64,000 nucleotides of DNA from Candidatus Calescibacterium sp. (GCA_032249135.1 JAVVGL010000008.1:1-64000), one strand, 5' to 3'; shown: positions 28,385-39,112, numbered from the stretch's first letter. Notes: generated by a model from the letters alone, not told the origin. Numbers and translations: made by a program.

Positions 28385-28768
28385 TTGCGTATGAGGAGAG
28401 CTTATTTTTATATTTTTTTATTTTTCCTTTGGTTTTTCAGTGTGATTTACAACGCTTCTTTACCATCTCGTATTCCTGCTGGTTTAGGAAATTTAGATAA
28501 GATTATTCATTTTATCTACTACATTCCTGGAGGATTTTTGGCTTTTATGTACATCAGAGCTTTCGGGCAAATTTCTTTGCTCGCTTCTTTTCTTTTAGCT
28601 CTTTCTGTATCAATTACTGATGAATTTATTCAGTCTTTTATTCCTGGGAGACAGGCTGATTTCTTTGATATAGTTGCAGATGCTTTCGGAATCATTTTAG
28701 GAATTTACTTGGGAATTATAAGAGAGAAATCAAATCAAATCAGAGAAAAATTGAAGAGGGAAAATTGA
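28385..28768 (+). CDS. VanZ family protein
   Basis: DKIIHF, DEFIQSFIPGRQADFFDIVADAFG. Confidence 0.88.
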   Translation: MRMRRAYFYIFLFFLWFFSVIYNASLPSRIPAGLGNLDKIIHFIYYIPGGFLAFMYIRAFGQISLLASFLLALSVSITDEFIQSFIPGRQADFFDIVADAFGIILGIYLGIIREKSNQIREKLKREN

Positions 28769-28977
28769 TTTGACGGAAAAAAAATTCCTAATTTCAGAGA
28801 ATTTTTCTATTTTTTGAAATCAAAATTTTTTGTTTTTTTTATTTTTCTTTCTGATTTTTTTATCATAAAAAAAAATTTTTTGGTTGTAGAATAAATTCAT
28901 AAAAATAAATTCATAAAACAGAAAATTATTTTTATTTTTAAAATTTTTATTTATGAGTTTTGGTTTAATAAAAAAAG

Positions 28978-29427
28978 ATGGAGGAGGTGAGGGGAAAAGT
29001 GGAAAGGAAGTTTCTGGGGACCCACATAATAGCGGAACTTTATGGGTGCGATCCAGCTTTGCTTGACGATGTTGAATTCATAACCTCTACCTTACTTGAA
29101 TCCGCCGAAAAAACAAAAGTTACAGTCGTAGATTATGTTTCAAGAAAATTTGAACCACAGGGAGTATCCGTTGTCGTTATAATATCTGAATCTCACATAA
29201 CAATACATACGTGGCCAGAATTCAAATATGCAGCTTTAGATTTTTATACTTGCGGTGAGGAAGACCCTGAACCTGCTGTCAGAGAAATAGCTCAAAAGTT
29301 CAAAACAAAAGAATTGGTCTTGTTCCGAGCAGATAGAGGAAACATATCTAAAGTGAGGAAATTGATGAAAAGAAAGTTGAAAGGAGATGAACAAATTAGG
29401 ACCGATGAAATGCAAATTCTACTTTGA
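28978..29427 (+). CDS. speD: S-adenosylmethionine decarboxylase proenzyme
   Basis: GTHIIAELYGC, FEPQGVS, SESHITIHTWPE, DFYTCG; adjacent to speE. Confidence 0.93.
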   Translation: MEEVRGKVERKFLGTHIIAELYGCDPALLDDVEFITSTLLESAEKTKVTVVDYVSRKFEPQGVSVVVIISESHITIHTWPEFKYAALDFYTCGEEDPEPAVREIAQKFKTKELVLFRADRGNISKVRKLMKRKLKGDEQIRTDEMQILL

Positions 29428-30301
29428 TTGGACCGATAAATCCTCAGGGTTCTTCTATTCAATAAAAGATGTTATATTATCTAAAAAAACTGAATTTCAG
29501 CAAATAGACCTTGTTGTCCTTGAAGAGGTCGGACTTACTCTAATATTAGATGGAAAAGTACAAATTGCAGAGCTTGATGAGTTTATATATCATGAAACTT
29601 TGGTCCATATACCGGCAATTGCGGTTGGTGATCCCGAAAGTATTCTTATAATTGGAGGAGGAGATGGATGTGCCCTCCGAGAGGCTTTAAAACACAAAAG
29701 CGTGAAAAGGTGCGTCCTTGTAGACATAGATAGAGAGGTTGTAGAAATATCAAAAGAATATCTCAATCACATAAATAAAGGTTCTTTTTTTGACCCGCGA
29801 GTTGAAATATTTTATGAAGACGGACGCAAATTTATAGAAAACACAAATGAGAGATTTGATATAATAATAATAGATACAGTTGATCCTCTTGAATATGGAC
29901 CTTCCTACCTTCTTTTCACAAGAGAGTTCATGGCGTGTGTCAAGCAAAGACTTACAGAAAGAGGAATTGTTGCAATACAATCAAATACGATTTTCCCGGG
30001 GGGCTCAAAATTTCTGCTTGCTATGTATAAGACTTTGGAAACGGTCTTCCCAAAAGTTTCTTTTGCTTGGACGTATCTCAAATCTTTTATGTTAAGTTGG
30101 GCTTTTACTTTCGGTTGCTTGAAAAGAAAACCGGAAGATGTTCCCGATGAGGAAATAGAAAAAGTTTTATCTCAAATTGAAACTCGTTTCCTTACTCCAC
30201 AAGTTTATAAAGCTTGTATAGCTAAACCTAAGTTCTTTATAGAAGACCTCAAAAATTTTGATCAAATAATAACTGACGAAAAACCGCTATTTGTTTATTG
30301 A
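29387..30301 (+). CDS. speE: Polyamine aminopropyltransferase (spermidine synthase)
   Basis: LDGKVQ, DEFIYHETLVH, LIIGGGDG, DIIIIDTVDP. Confidence 0.93.
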   Translation: MNKLGPMKCKFYFDWTDKSSGFFYSIKDVILSKKTEFQQIDLVVLEEVGLTLILDGKVQIAELDEFIYHETLVHIPAIAVGDPESILIIGGGDGCALREALKHKSVKRCVLVDIDREVVEISKEYLNHINKGSFFDPRVEIFYEDGRKFIENTNERFDIIIIDTVDPLEYGPSYLLFTREFMACVKQRLTERGIVAIQSNTIFPGGSKFLLAMYKTLETVFPKVSFAWTYLKSFMLSWAFTFGCLKRKPEDVPDEEIEKVLSQIETRFLTPQVYKACIAKPKFFIEDLKNFDQIITDEKPLFVY

Positions 30302-30369
30302 AATACCAGATATTGTCCTGAAGCTTTGTTTATTTTTTTCTTCTTTTCTCCTTCTTTTTTTCTCCTTTT

Positions 30370-31869
30370 TTACTTTGAATAAAACTTTACAATTTCTTCT
30401 ACAAGAGATTCTATTGTTTGTTTTTTTGACACGATCTCTGGTTTTTTGACATACCTTTCCACTGTCTTTGCGGTTACTTCTCCTATGCAAGCTATCACTC
30501 TATCTTTTATCCAGTCCTTTTCAAAAAATTCAGTAAAATATATGAAAGATAAAGAAGATGTAAAAGTGAGAACATCAGGATTTAAAATTTTTAATTCTTC
30601 TATTTCTTCTTTGGTTTTTTCTTCTTTCTCTATTGAGTATATTTCAACTGTTTTTACATTTTTTCCACTCTGAATAAGTTTATCCTCTATATTTTTTACT
30701 TTTTCTGCTCTTAAAAATACCACATTTTTTTCAGGTCTAATTTTTAACTCTTCGTATAAATTTTCTGTTGTGAAATTCTGAGGTAGTATGTCTGGAATGA
30801 TACCAGATTCAACCAGGGACGAAGCTGTTTTTTCACCTACTGCGGCTACTTTCATTCCCCAGATAGTTCTTGAATCTTTACCTATACTGAAAAGAAAAGA
30901 GAAAAAATTTTGCACACCATTCTGGCTCGTAAAAACCAAGATTGTATCGTTCCTTTCTTCTTTATTTTTAGATTCAATTTCTTCTAAAAATTTTTTTATG
31001 TTTTCTTTGTGCTTTTCTCCGAAGACTATTTTTACGGAGGGAAATAGTATAGGCAAACCTCCGAACTCTCTTATTAGTTTTGATGCGGAATAAGATTGCT
31101 TTAAAGGACGTGTTATCACTATTTTTTTCTGGAACAAAACTTTTTTTTCAAACCAGTTTATTTTCTCCCTAAGCTTTACAACTTCCCCTACCAAAAATAT
31201 CGCCGGAGGATTTATCTTCTCATCTTTTGCTTTCTCAACTATTTTATCTAAGGTAGATATTACTGTTCTTTGTAAGGGAGTAGTTCCATTTTCTATAACG
31301 GCACATGGGGTAGAGGGGGGTAAATTTTCAAGTAGCTTTTTTACTATTTTTTCAAGTGGTTTTACTGTCATAAGGAATATCAGAGTTCCACACTTTGATA
31401 AAGCTGAAAAATCTAATCTTTCTCTCCCTTCTGCCTCACTCCCTGTTGCAACTGCAAAAGATGAAACAAAATCTCTGTGTGTTATTGGAATTCCAGCATA
31501 TGCGGGGACGGAATAAAAAGATGAAACGCCGGGAACCACTTCAAAATCTATATTGTTTTTCCAAAGATATTCGCATTCTTCTCCTCCTCTTCCGAATATA
31601 AAAGGATCTCCTCCTTTTAGCCTTACAACATTTTTCCCTTCTTTTGCTTTTTCAACTAAAAGTTCGTTTATTTTTTCTTGTGAGAGAGTGTGTTTTCCAG
31701 CCTCTTTTCCAACATATATTTTCTCCGCCTTTTCTGCATACATAAGTAGTTCTTGTGGTATAAGATGGTCATATATTACAACATCTGCTTTTTTTAGTAT
31801 TTCTACACATTTTATAGTTGCAAGGTCTGGATCTCCCGGTCCTGCTCCTATTATATAAACCTTCCCCAT
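30370..31869 (-). CDS. cobA: Uroporphyrinogen-III C-methyltransferase/synthase fusion (CobA-HemD)
   Basis: GAGPGDPDL, VVRLKGGDPFIFGRGGEE, followed by HemD domain (ITRP, FTSQNGV, TFTSS, CIGEVTA); start ATG 31869. Confidence 0.93.
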   Translation of the reverse strand: MGKVYIIGAGPGDPDLATIKCVEILKKADVVIYDHLIPQELLMYAEKAEKIYVGKEAGKHTLSQEKINELLVEKAKEGKNVVRLKGGDPFIFGRGGEECEYLWKNNIDFEVVPGVSSFYSVPAYAGIPITHRDFVSSFAVATGSEAEGRERLDFSALSKCGTLIFLMTVKPLEKIVKKLLENLPPSTPCAVIENGTTPLQRTVISTLDKIVEKAKDEKINPPAIFLVGEVVKLREKINWFEKKVLFQKKIVITRPLKQSYSASKLIREFGGLPILFPSVKIVFGEKHKENIKKFLEEIESKNKEERNDTILVFTSQNGVQNFFSFLFSIGKDSRTIWGMKVAAVGEKTASSLVESGIIPDILPQNFTTENLYEELKIRPEKNVVFLRAEKVKNIEDKLIQSGKNVKTVEIYSIEKEEKTKEEIEELKILNPDVLTFTSSLSFIYFTEFFEKDWIKDRVIACIGEVTAKTVERYVKKPEIVSKKQTIESLVEEIVKFYSK

Positions 31870-31934
31870 TTGATTAATAGTATTTTTTCTTGTGCTTTTG
31901 AACAAAAAATCTGTATAATAAAAAATAAAAAGAT

Positions 31935-33446
31935 ATGGCAAAGTTTTATATAACTACACCAATATATTATGTAAATGATGTACCTCATATTGGGCATGCA
32001 TATACTACGATTGCGGCAGATATTATCGCAAGGTTCAAAAGGCTTTTTGGTTACAAAGTTTTTTTTCTTACAGGAACTGATGAACACGGAAAAAAGATTG
32101 AAAAAGCAGCTGAAGAAAAAGGAATTTCACCAAAAGAGTTAGCCGATGAAACTCATAAAAGATTCAAAGAACTTTGGAAAGTATTGAATATCTCTTATGA
32201 CAAATTTATAAGAACAACAGATCCAGAACACGAGGAAGCAGTTATCTATTTTTGGAAAAAGATGAAGGAAAAAGGAGATATATATAAAGGGAAATACGTC
32301 GGTTGGTACTGCATTCCATGTGAATCGTTTTTTCCTTCTTCACAAGTAGAAGAAGGTAAGTGCCCATCTTGTGGGAGACCCGTAGAAGTTTTAGAAGAGG
32401 AAAGCTACTTTTTTTCTGTTCAAAAATATAAAGATAAGCTCAAAGAATTCATGTCAAGTACAAACTTTATCAAACCAGATTTCAGACAGAAAGAGGTTTT
32501 GCATGCCCTTGATGAACTAGGAGATATATCTATATCTCGCCCTCGCAACAGAGTTCAATGGGGAATTCCTGTCCCAGATGATGAGAATTTTACTATCTAT
32601 GTTTGGGTTGACGCTCTTATAAACTATGTCTCTGCACTTGGGTATCCTGATGGTGAAAAAATGGAATTCTGGCCAGCAGATATTCATCTTATAGGAAAAG
32701 ATATATTAAAGTTTCATGCTATATACTGGCCTATGTTTCTTATGTCAGCTGATCTTGAGCTCCCGAGATTAATTTTTGCTCACGGCTGGTGGAAGGTTCA
32801 AGGACAGAAGATGTCAAAGTCTTTGAGAAATGTTGTTGATCCTTTTGAAATATCAGCGGTCTTTGGAGCTGATGCTTTGAGGTTCTTTTTGTTCAGAGAA
32901 ACTCCCTTTGGACAAGATGGAGACTTTTCAGAAGAAGCTATAAGGTCAAGATATGAGAATGATTTGGCAAAAGATTTTGGGAATCTTATTTTGCGTGTTG
33001 CAAAATTTGCAGAAACAAATTTTCCATCTGGTGTGAGAAAATTAGATTTACCAAGTTTTGGAGATTTTTCTCCTGCGGAATTGCTCTCACGATGGAAGAA
33101 TGCAATTGAAAATATAGATTTATTTTCTGCTTTATCTTATTTTTCCTCACTTGTTTCTTTTTCAAATAAGTTTATAGATTCACAGGCTCCTTGGGCAAAA
33201 TTGAAGGCAGGGCAGACGGAGGAAGCTGAAAAAATCATTTATGCTCTCTCATATCTTATCAAAATAATAACTTTTATGATATATCCTTTCTGTCCAGAAA
33301 CTGCTTTGAAAATCTCTAAAAGTTTTGGGTTTGAGTGGCTTTTAGATGAAACCACTAAACCAAAAACGCTTCAAGATGTGCTAACCTATGATGCTGTTTT
33401 CAGAGTAAAGAGTCCGGGAGTTCTTTTCCCAAAAATTGGAGGTTGA
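31935..33446 (+). CDS. metG: Methionine--tRNA ligase (short form)
   Basis: YYVNDVPHIGH, TGTDEHG, Zn knuckle, YVWVDAL, KMSKS. Confidence 0.97.
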   Translation: MAKFYITTPIYYVNDVPHIGHAYTTIAADIIARFKRLFGYKVFFLTGTDEHGKKIEKAAEEKGISPKELADETHKRFKELWKVLNISYDKFIRTTDPEHEEAVIYFWKKMKEKGDIYKGKYVGWYCIPCESFFPSSQVEEGKCPSCGRPVEVLEEESYFFSVQKYKDKLKEFMSSTNFIKPDFRQKEVLHALDELGDISISRPRNRVQWGIPVPDDENFTIYVWVDALINYVSALGYPDGEKMEFWPADIHLIGKDILKFHAIYWPMFLMSADLELPRLIFAHGWWKVQGQKMSKSLRNVVDPFEISAVFGADALRFFLFRETPFGQDGDFSEEAIRSRYENDLAKDFGNLILRVAKFAETNFPSGVRKLDLPSFGDFSPAELLSRWKNAIENIDLFSALSYFSSLVSFSNKFIDSQAPWAKLKAGQTEEAEKIIYALSYLIKIITFMIYPFCPETALKISKSFGFEWLLDETTKPKTLQDVLTYDAVFRVKSPGVLFPKIGG

Positions 33447-34336
33447 ACCTCACCCAGAAGCTTCAAAAATTTTCCCTCATCAAATTCTCCTTTCTTTTTT
33501 CTTATTTTTAGAACTGAGTTTTTCAGAGAGTTTGCAAAATATATAACTTCTGTTCCGGTTGGATCTACAAGCGTCATTTTTGATCTTTCAAAATTTTTTA
33601 TAAAATCTTCTGATGTCTTTTTGGCCATAAAGAAATATTCTTCCATAACTTTTGAATATATGTTTTTACTTTCATGATTTTTCCCGTTGCTGATTTGTTT
33701 GAGCTTTGATTTTATAAGCTCCTTTATTATATTTGCAGAAAGAATTTTCATATAAATTTTGCTTGAGGTTTTTGATGAACCAAAGATTGTTCCTTGTAAA
33801 TTCTCTTCAAGAAATTCAATACAGATTTTATTTTCCGGAATAGATTGCAAATATCTTATTTGTTCCCAGATTTTTTGATTGACAAGATTGTCTGCTTTTC
33901 TTTCAACCTTAAAGTGTAAAATTGAGAGGTTTTTTGGTAGATTATTTAAAAATACACTTGCCACTATAAATTCTGGAATCATGAAATTATGAGCTACTAT
34001 GTCTTGAGCAAGATGTGTCATATAACCTATCATGAAAGCTTTCTTATAATCATCTGAAGCTTTGAAAAATATAGAAAATATAAACTCCCAGTTATGAGGG
34101 TGTTGTTTCCAGTTTGAAAAATTTTTCCCTATGATTATATCTGCCATTATACTCCCCCATAAAAACTGGGGATAAAATTTTTCACATATTTTTGCTATTG
34201 TGCTTCCCATTTTTATAAGATCTATCGCTGAAGTTATGCTAAGATGGGCTCCAGGTCCCCATGCAAAAGCGTCTTGGGAAAAAATGGAAATCAAAGGAAA
34301 AGAAAAGAGTATCAAGAGTAAAATTTTGAACATCAT
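33386..34336 (-). CDS. Zinc-dependent phospholipase C family protein, exported
   Basis: Signal peptide then WGPGAH; MADII, HPHNW, GYMTHLAQDIVAHN, HFKVE. Confidence 0.8.
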   Translation of the reverse strand: MMFKILLLILFSFPLISIFSQDAFAWGPGAHLSITSAIDLIKMGSTIAKICEKFYPQFLWGSIMADIIIGKNFSNWKQHPHNWEFIFSIFFKASDDYKKAFMIGYMTHLAQDIVAHNFMIPEFIVASVFLNNLPKNLSILHFKVERKADNLVNQKIWEQIRYLQSIPENKICIEFLEENLQGTIFGSSKTSSKIYMKILSANIIKELIKSKLKQISNGKNHESKNIYSKVMEEYFFMAKKTSEDFIKNFERSKMTLVDPTGTEVIYFANSLKNSVLKIRKKKGEFDEGKFLKLLGEVQPPIFGKRTPGLFTLKTAS

Positions 34337-34450
34337 ATTAATTTTGCAAAAACAAACCGTTCAAGAAGAATTTTCAAGAAAATAAAAAAAATGATAAAAA
34401 ATAAAGCTTAAGAAATCAGAAACTTAAAAAGAACTTTAAAAAGCTTGGAA

Positions 34451-34981
34451 TCATATATCGACAATTATCGGTAAAAGAAAATATTCGCCCTCTTTTTTCA
34501 GTTCTGCGCCCCCATATGTTACTGCTTTGATATAAATTTTTGGATTAAGATTGTTTTCCTTCAAACTTTCAAATAACATTTCTACTTCAATTTCTGCTTT
34601 TTCTTTATCTTCAATTATTTTAACCTTTTCCAATTTAAATGGTGCAATTTTTTTTGTGTCAAATAAGAAAATTATTTCGTTAAGAAGTGTTATCAAGGCA
34701 TCAACAAAGTCTATTCCATCTGATTTTATTTTGAGCCTTATTTTTTTACCTACACCTTTATTTTTTTTATCTCCTATTTTTTCTATAATATTACCTTCTA
34801 TAATATTATTTTCTATTTCCTCTATTCCTTCTGATTCCTCTCTTTTCTTTTTTTCTTCAAATTTATCTTCTCCAAAATATATATAGTAGAGAGCATCTAT
34901 TGAATCTCTGATTATTTCTTCTTTCGTTTTTGCCTTTACTGTGAATCCAGCTTCGCCTGTATGATCCATTATCTCAAACAT
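34451..34981 (-). CDS. Archease
   Basis: FEIMDHTGE, LLNEIIFLFD, IKAVTY, C-terminal VDI. Confidence 0.8.
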   Translation of the reverse strand: MFEIMDHTGEAGFTVKAKTKEEIIRDSIDALYYIYFGEDKFEEKKKREESEGIEEIENNIIEGNIIEKIGDKKNKGVGKKIRLKIKSDGIDFVDALITLLNEIIFLFDTKKIAPFKLEKVKIIEDKEKAEIEVEMLFESLKENNLNPKIYIKAVTYGGAELKKEGEYFLLPIIVDI

Positions 34982-35043
34982 ATTTTTTTTAGTTCATTAT
35001 ATTATTTTAGTTAAGTTATATTGTTATTCGTTATATTATTATT

Positions 35044-37128
35044 CTATATTATTCCGAATTGTGCAAGCAATCTTTCTAAATTTGTACCCATTATTTGGAT
35101 GAAAAGATTTATTTCAAATTGATCTGGTTTCTTAAAACCTACTATCGGAACATCTCTTGAGAATGTTGAAAGGTATCCTGAGTTTATATATAAAAGCCCT
35201 AAAAAATCTGGGGATTGAAAACCGATATATGGGAAAACGGTTGTCATTCCGTCTTTTTTTATTGGCTCAGGTAGCTTCACTCCTTTAGCAGGAATATATT
35301 TTTTTGATTCATCTTGGGAGAAATGTTCTGAATCTTCAAATCTTATTGTTGATACACAAAATTGTTGAGATTCACCTGATATTCGTTTTAAAATCTTTGT
35401 TTCTGTACAGTATTTGAGACATTTTTCTGTTTTTTCGTCTACAAGTTCGCAAATTTTCATTTGCAATCTACCATCACCTTGACAGCTCTGTACTTCTATT
35501 GGACAATATAGCGAGCAAGTTGTTTCTTGGAGATTGATGAAAGTTTCGTTGCATTCTTGGAGTTTTATGTCGCATGTACCTATATATTTTTTTTCAAAGC
35601 AATATGAAGTTTTTGGCATCTTACAAAATAGCTGATAAATGGGATTACTTTCTGCGAGTGGGATTATGCCCGGGGAATCGGAAAAGCATTCCCACTCAAA
35701 TATGAATCTGTGGTCAGCAGTCCATGCGGGTAATATTGCTCTTATTCCACCTTCTGCTGATGAGAAGAAAGCATGAAAATCAAATTGTAATTCATTTGGA
35801 ATTATACCGGTTATAAGAGAGGAAAGTATTTGAGGGTTTACAAATTGTATTAAATTATTTACAACATTTTGTTGTATACCGACGCCAGTTAAAGATGTTG
35901 TCAGAGCTCTTATTAATTCATCAAAAATACCAGTTCTAACGATTCCTACGATGAAAGTTAATATTGCGTTAATTAAAGATTGCCAGCTCACTCTTTCTGT
36001 GCCCTGAAAACTTTTTGCGATTTGAGAAAAATCATCTTTTAAACTTGCAGGTATTTCAAGTTTTGATCTTGGGAGTTTTCCGAATTCGTTTGATAATTTA
36101 TCATCTACAAAGATTGAAGAAGATGAAGTTGGAATTGCAAAGATATTTTCTCCAGCTTGTGCTATGAAATCATCAGCCTGTGGATCTGTTTCCTGCTTGA
36201 TTGAATCAAGCATCATAGCAAATGCTTCCGCTGAGCTCAAGAAAAGCTCAGGAACTTCTTTCCAGTACACTCTGCCTTTTTTGGGTTCTATACCTAAAAG
36301 ATTTTCTTTTTCGTTCAGCAAAAATGGGATAACTCTTATTATGACATCCCTTACAGAAATTCCACCAGCAGAGACTCTACCTGAGGAAATTTGGAGCTCA
36401 AGTCCGAGTTCTTGAATGAATTGAAACGTTCTTACTACATTCTCTAGTTTCACATCAAGGTCTATTGATAAAATGAATTTTATAAGACCTTGGACTACTT
36501 TTAGGACTCCATACAATAAATTTGCGTCGGCATTATCAAATTCTATGCCATCAAGGTCTAATCTCCACCATTCTTTTCCTTGAAATTCAATTCTCCATGA
36601 GAATTTATCTACCTTAAAGCTCCAATTTTTTTCTTTGCGCGGAATTTCTAAGTTTTCAATTATTTTTTCTGAAATGTCAATTATGTTTCCCTGGAATATA
36701 TCATCAAGGAGTGTGTTTATTGTTGTTTCTGCTTGAATTTGCTTTTCGCTTTGATGTGGTCTTATATGTCGGGGAGAAGTTCCAGATGCCAATTGAATTA
36801 TTATATTTCCCAGCTCAATGGTAACATTTTCAACATTTTTGAGGAGTATTGCGGACTGGGCTAATGCCAGACCGAATCTAATCTCCGGATTATTGGGATA
36901 TATCTTCACTCCTTCTGCAAATATTTTAGCAGCTTCTTGGAAATTACCTTCGCCTAATTTCTTTTTCCCATTTGAAATTATATCATTTACGCTTGGCTCT
37001 TTTTCACCAAATAAAGCATCATTTATTTTCTGGCATTTTATAAAAGGTATTATTATGAAAACCAGAGCTAAAATTAGAGATGTAATAGTTCTTCTTTTTA
37101 TTTTTATTTTTACCGGATTTACTTTCAT
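35044..37128 (-). CDS. Large probable lipoprotein with N-terminal TPR and Cys-rich insert, unknown function
   Basis: Start probably ATG 37128; basic N-region, hydrophobic stretch, Cys (FIKC); TPR (GNFQEAAKIF...PEIRFGLALA); 12-Cys segment. Confidence 0.65.
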   Translation of the reverse strand: MKVNPVKIKIKRRTITSLILALVFIIIPFIKCQKINDALFGEKEPSVNDIISNGKKKLGEGNFQEAAKIFAEGVKIYPNNPEIRFGLALAQSAILLKNVENVTIELGNIIIQLASGTSPRHIRPHQSEKQIQAETTINTLLDDIFQGNIIDISEKIIENLEIPRKEKNWSFKVDKFSWRIEFQGKEWWRLDLDGIEFDNADANLLYGVLKVVQGLIKFILSIDLDVKLENVVRTFQFIQELGLELQISSGRVSAGGISVRDVIIRVIPFLLNEKENLLGIEPKKGRVYWKEVPELFLSSAEAFAMMLDSIKQETDPQADDFIAQAGENIFAIPTSSSSIFVDDKLSNEFGKLPRSKLEIPASLKDDFSQIAKSFQGTERVSWQSLINAILTFIVGIVRTGIFDELIRALTTSLTGVGIQQNVVNNLIQFVNPQILSSLITGIIPNELQFDFHAFFSSAEGGIRAILPAWTADHRFIFEWECFSDSPGIIPLAESNPIYQLFCKMPKTSYCFEKKYIGTCDIKLQECNETFINLQETTCSLYCPIEVQSCQGDGRLQMKICELVDEKTEKCLKYCTETKILKRISGESQQFCVSTIRFEDSEHFSQDESKKYIPAKGVKLPEPIKKDGMTTVFPYIGFQSPDFLGLLYINSGYLSTFSRDVPIVGFKKPDQFEINLFIQIMGTNLERLLAQFGII

Positions 37129-37222
37129 ATTAGAAAATTTAGTCAAGCTTTTCAAAAAAAATGGGAAAATAACAAATTGGAAAAATTGAAAAATTTGGAT
37201 TTCTTTATTAATCTCCAAAAAT

Positions 37223-37651
37223 ATGGAGAATAAAAATACGGAGATGACATGTGTGATAATAAAGCCGGATGCATTTGAGAGGAACCTTACCGCAAGAATT
37301 CTATCTAAAATAGAAGAGAGTGGACTAAGGCTCGTCGCGATAAAAAGTTTGAAGATTTCAAAAGAGCAGGCTGAAAAGTTTTACTATGTGCATAAGGGAA
37401 AACATTTCTTTGAATCGTTAACAAACTATATTTCATCTGGTAAAATAGTTGTCGCAGTATTTGAGGGAGAAAACGCAATAGAAAAGGTAAGGAAGATAAT
37501 GGGAGCAACAGATCCCAAAAAAGCGGAAGAGGGAACTATAAGAAAAATTTATGGAATAGATATAGAAAAGAACTCAATACATGGATCGGATTCACCAGAA
37601 GCAGCTAAATTTGAAATAAGTTTCTTCTTTTCAGTTTCAGATTTACTTTAA
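37223..37651 (+). CDS. ndk: Nucleoside diphosphate kinase
   Basis: IIKPDA, MGATDP, GTIR, NSIHGSDS. Confidence 0.97.
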   Translation: MENKNTEMTCVIIKPDAFERNLTARILSKIEESGLRLVAIKSLKISKEQAEKFYYVHKGKHFFESLTNYISSGKIVVAVFEGENAIEKVRKIMGATDPKKAEEGTIRKIYGIDIEKNSIHGSDSPEAAKFEISFFFSVSDLL

Positions 37652-39112
37652 AGGTTTAAATATTCGTAATACATGGTTTTTATATCTTATTTCTGTTATG
37701 GGTTCAGCAAATCCTAATTCCCTTATCTTATCTTGCGGTAAAGAAATTAGTTCTGGTTTCCCACGAGATGAAGTATAATCTAGGGAGCTTATCACATACG
37801 CGTCGGCTCCATAAGGATTTGTAGTCCATTCTTTCTCAGCATAGAATGTTGCTATTGGGAATGGTTCAAAAATAATTTTGATTTCTCCGTAGTTTTCTCT
37901 TATCCATTTTCCAGCAATCTTATATATTTTTCTTCCTTCATCTGTGTAAAAAGGTCTCAAAGAGTAGAATATATTAAGGAGGATTATAGTTCCTAAGAAG
38001 ATTAGCCGAGCTCTTTTTGATTTTTCAAGCTCAAAAATAAAAAGCGATGAAATAATTGCTATTTGAGGTAAAATTGGTATAAAGAAGTAATCAGCCACGA
38101 TCGCTATTGCAAAGTTGGGCACAAACCATATAACCAAAATAATAAGCAGTATTACCCCGGAACCTTTTAATCTCTCCCAATTTTTTATCAGGTGGAGTAA
38201 TCCAAATCCAAATAAAATGATGTAAGATGATGTGAGGAGACTTGGAAATGCATATTTGTGAAAAAGATGAATGTTTGAAAGAAAAGTTCTTATATACTCC
38301 TTCAAAGAAAGAATCTTGCCCAAACTTTCTATTTGTAAAAGTTTTTTAGGTTCAGAAAGTCTTTCGGGAATTAATTCACCACCCTTGTAAAGAAAAAGTT
38401 TTGATATAATTGATGGAAGATTTCCTTCGTTGAAACTCAATATATGATATGGGGCTGAAGAAATAAAAAATCCAAAGATTGAAATTGCTATTCCTTGAAA
38501 GTTCCTTATAAAAATTGCGGAAATTAAAACAGAGATTATAATCTCTGGTCTGACTATATATCCTATTCCCGCTGATAATCCCGCAAGAAATGAAAGTAAA
38601 AGAAAAATTTTTCTATCAGATATTTTCTTTCTTGCAAGGAAAGACAGAAAGCAGGTTAGTGTAAAAAATAAAGTTGATGTTGTATATGGTAAAGTAGAAG
38701 AGGAAGCCCATACAAACTTTGGGATAAAAGAAAGTAAAACAGAAGATAACAGGGCTAATATTTGGGACTCATAATAAGGAAAGCTTGTAAGAAAAATCTC
38801 TTTTGAGAACAGAAAAGTTATAATTAAAACTCCTAATCCAAAAATTGCAGAAGTTATTCTACCTGCAAGTTCTGTTTCAATACCAAGTTTATAAAACAAA
38901 GATACGAACCAGGAATATCCAGGAGAATAAACAGGATGAGTATATCTTTCACCTTTTGCAGATTTTTCAGCTATTTTCAAATAAAAATATGAATCTGTTG
39001 ACTCTATTGCATCATTTGAATATTTTTTCAAAGATAAAGAAAGCGAGAATATAAACCAAGCTGTACAAAATATAAAAAATAAAATGGAGATTTTTCTTCC
39101 AAAAGAACTCAC
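37643..39112 (-). CDS. GT-C fold membrane glycosyltransferase (ArnT/PMT-like)
   Basis: DSYFY, SPGYS, GYIVRPE; about 11 TM helices. Confidence 0.7.
   Translation of the reverse strand: MSSFGRKISILFFIFCTAWFIFSLSLSLKKYSNDAIESTDSYFYLKIAEKSAKGERYTHPVYSPGYSWFVSLFYKLGIETELAGRITSAIFGLGVLIITFLFSKEIFLTSFPYYESQILALLSSVLLSFIPKFVWASSSTLPYTTSTLFFTLTCFLSFLARKKISDRKIFLLLSFLAGLSAGIGYIVRPEIIISVLISAIFIRNFQGIAISIFGFFISSAPYHILSFNEGNLPSIISKLFLYKGGELIPERLSEPKKLLQIESLGKILSLKEYIRTFLSNIHLFHKYAFPSLLTSSYIILFGFGLLHLIKNWERLKGSGVILLIILVIWFVPNFAIAIVADYFFIPILPQIAIISSLFIFELEKSKRARLIFLGTIILLNIFYSLRPFYTDEGRKIYKIAGKWIRENYGEIKIIFEPFPIATFYAEKEWTTNPYGADAYVISSLDYTSSRGKPELISLPQDKIRELGFAEPITEIRYKNHVLRIFKPLK

Noticed and set aside
28890-28917. 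Tandem 14-mer aataaattcataaa upstream of speD
   Set aside because: Almost pure A/T in a low-complexity spacer; likely slippage
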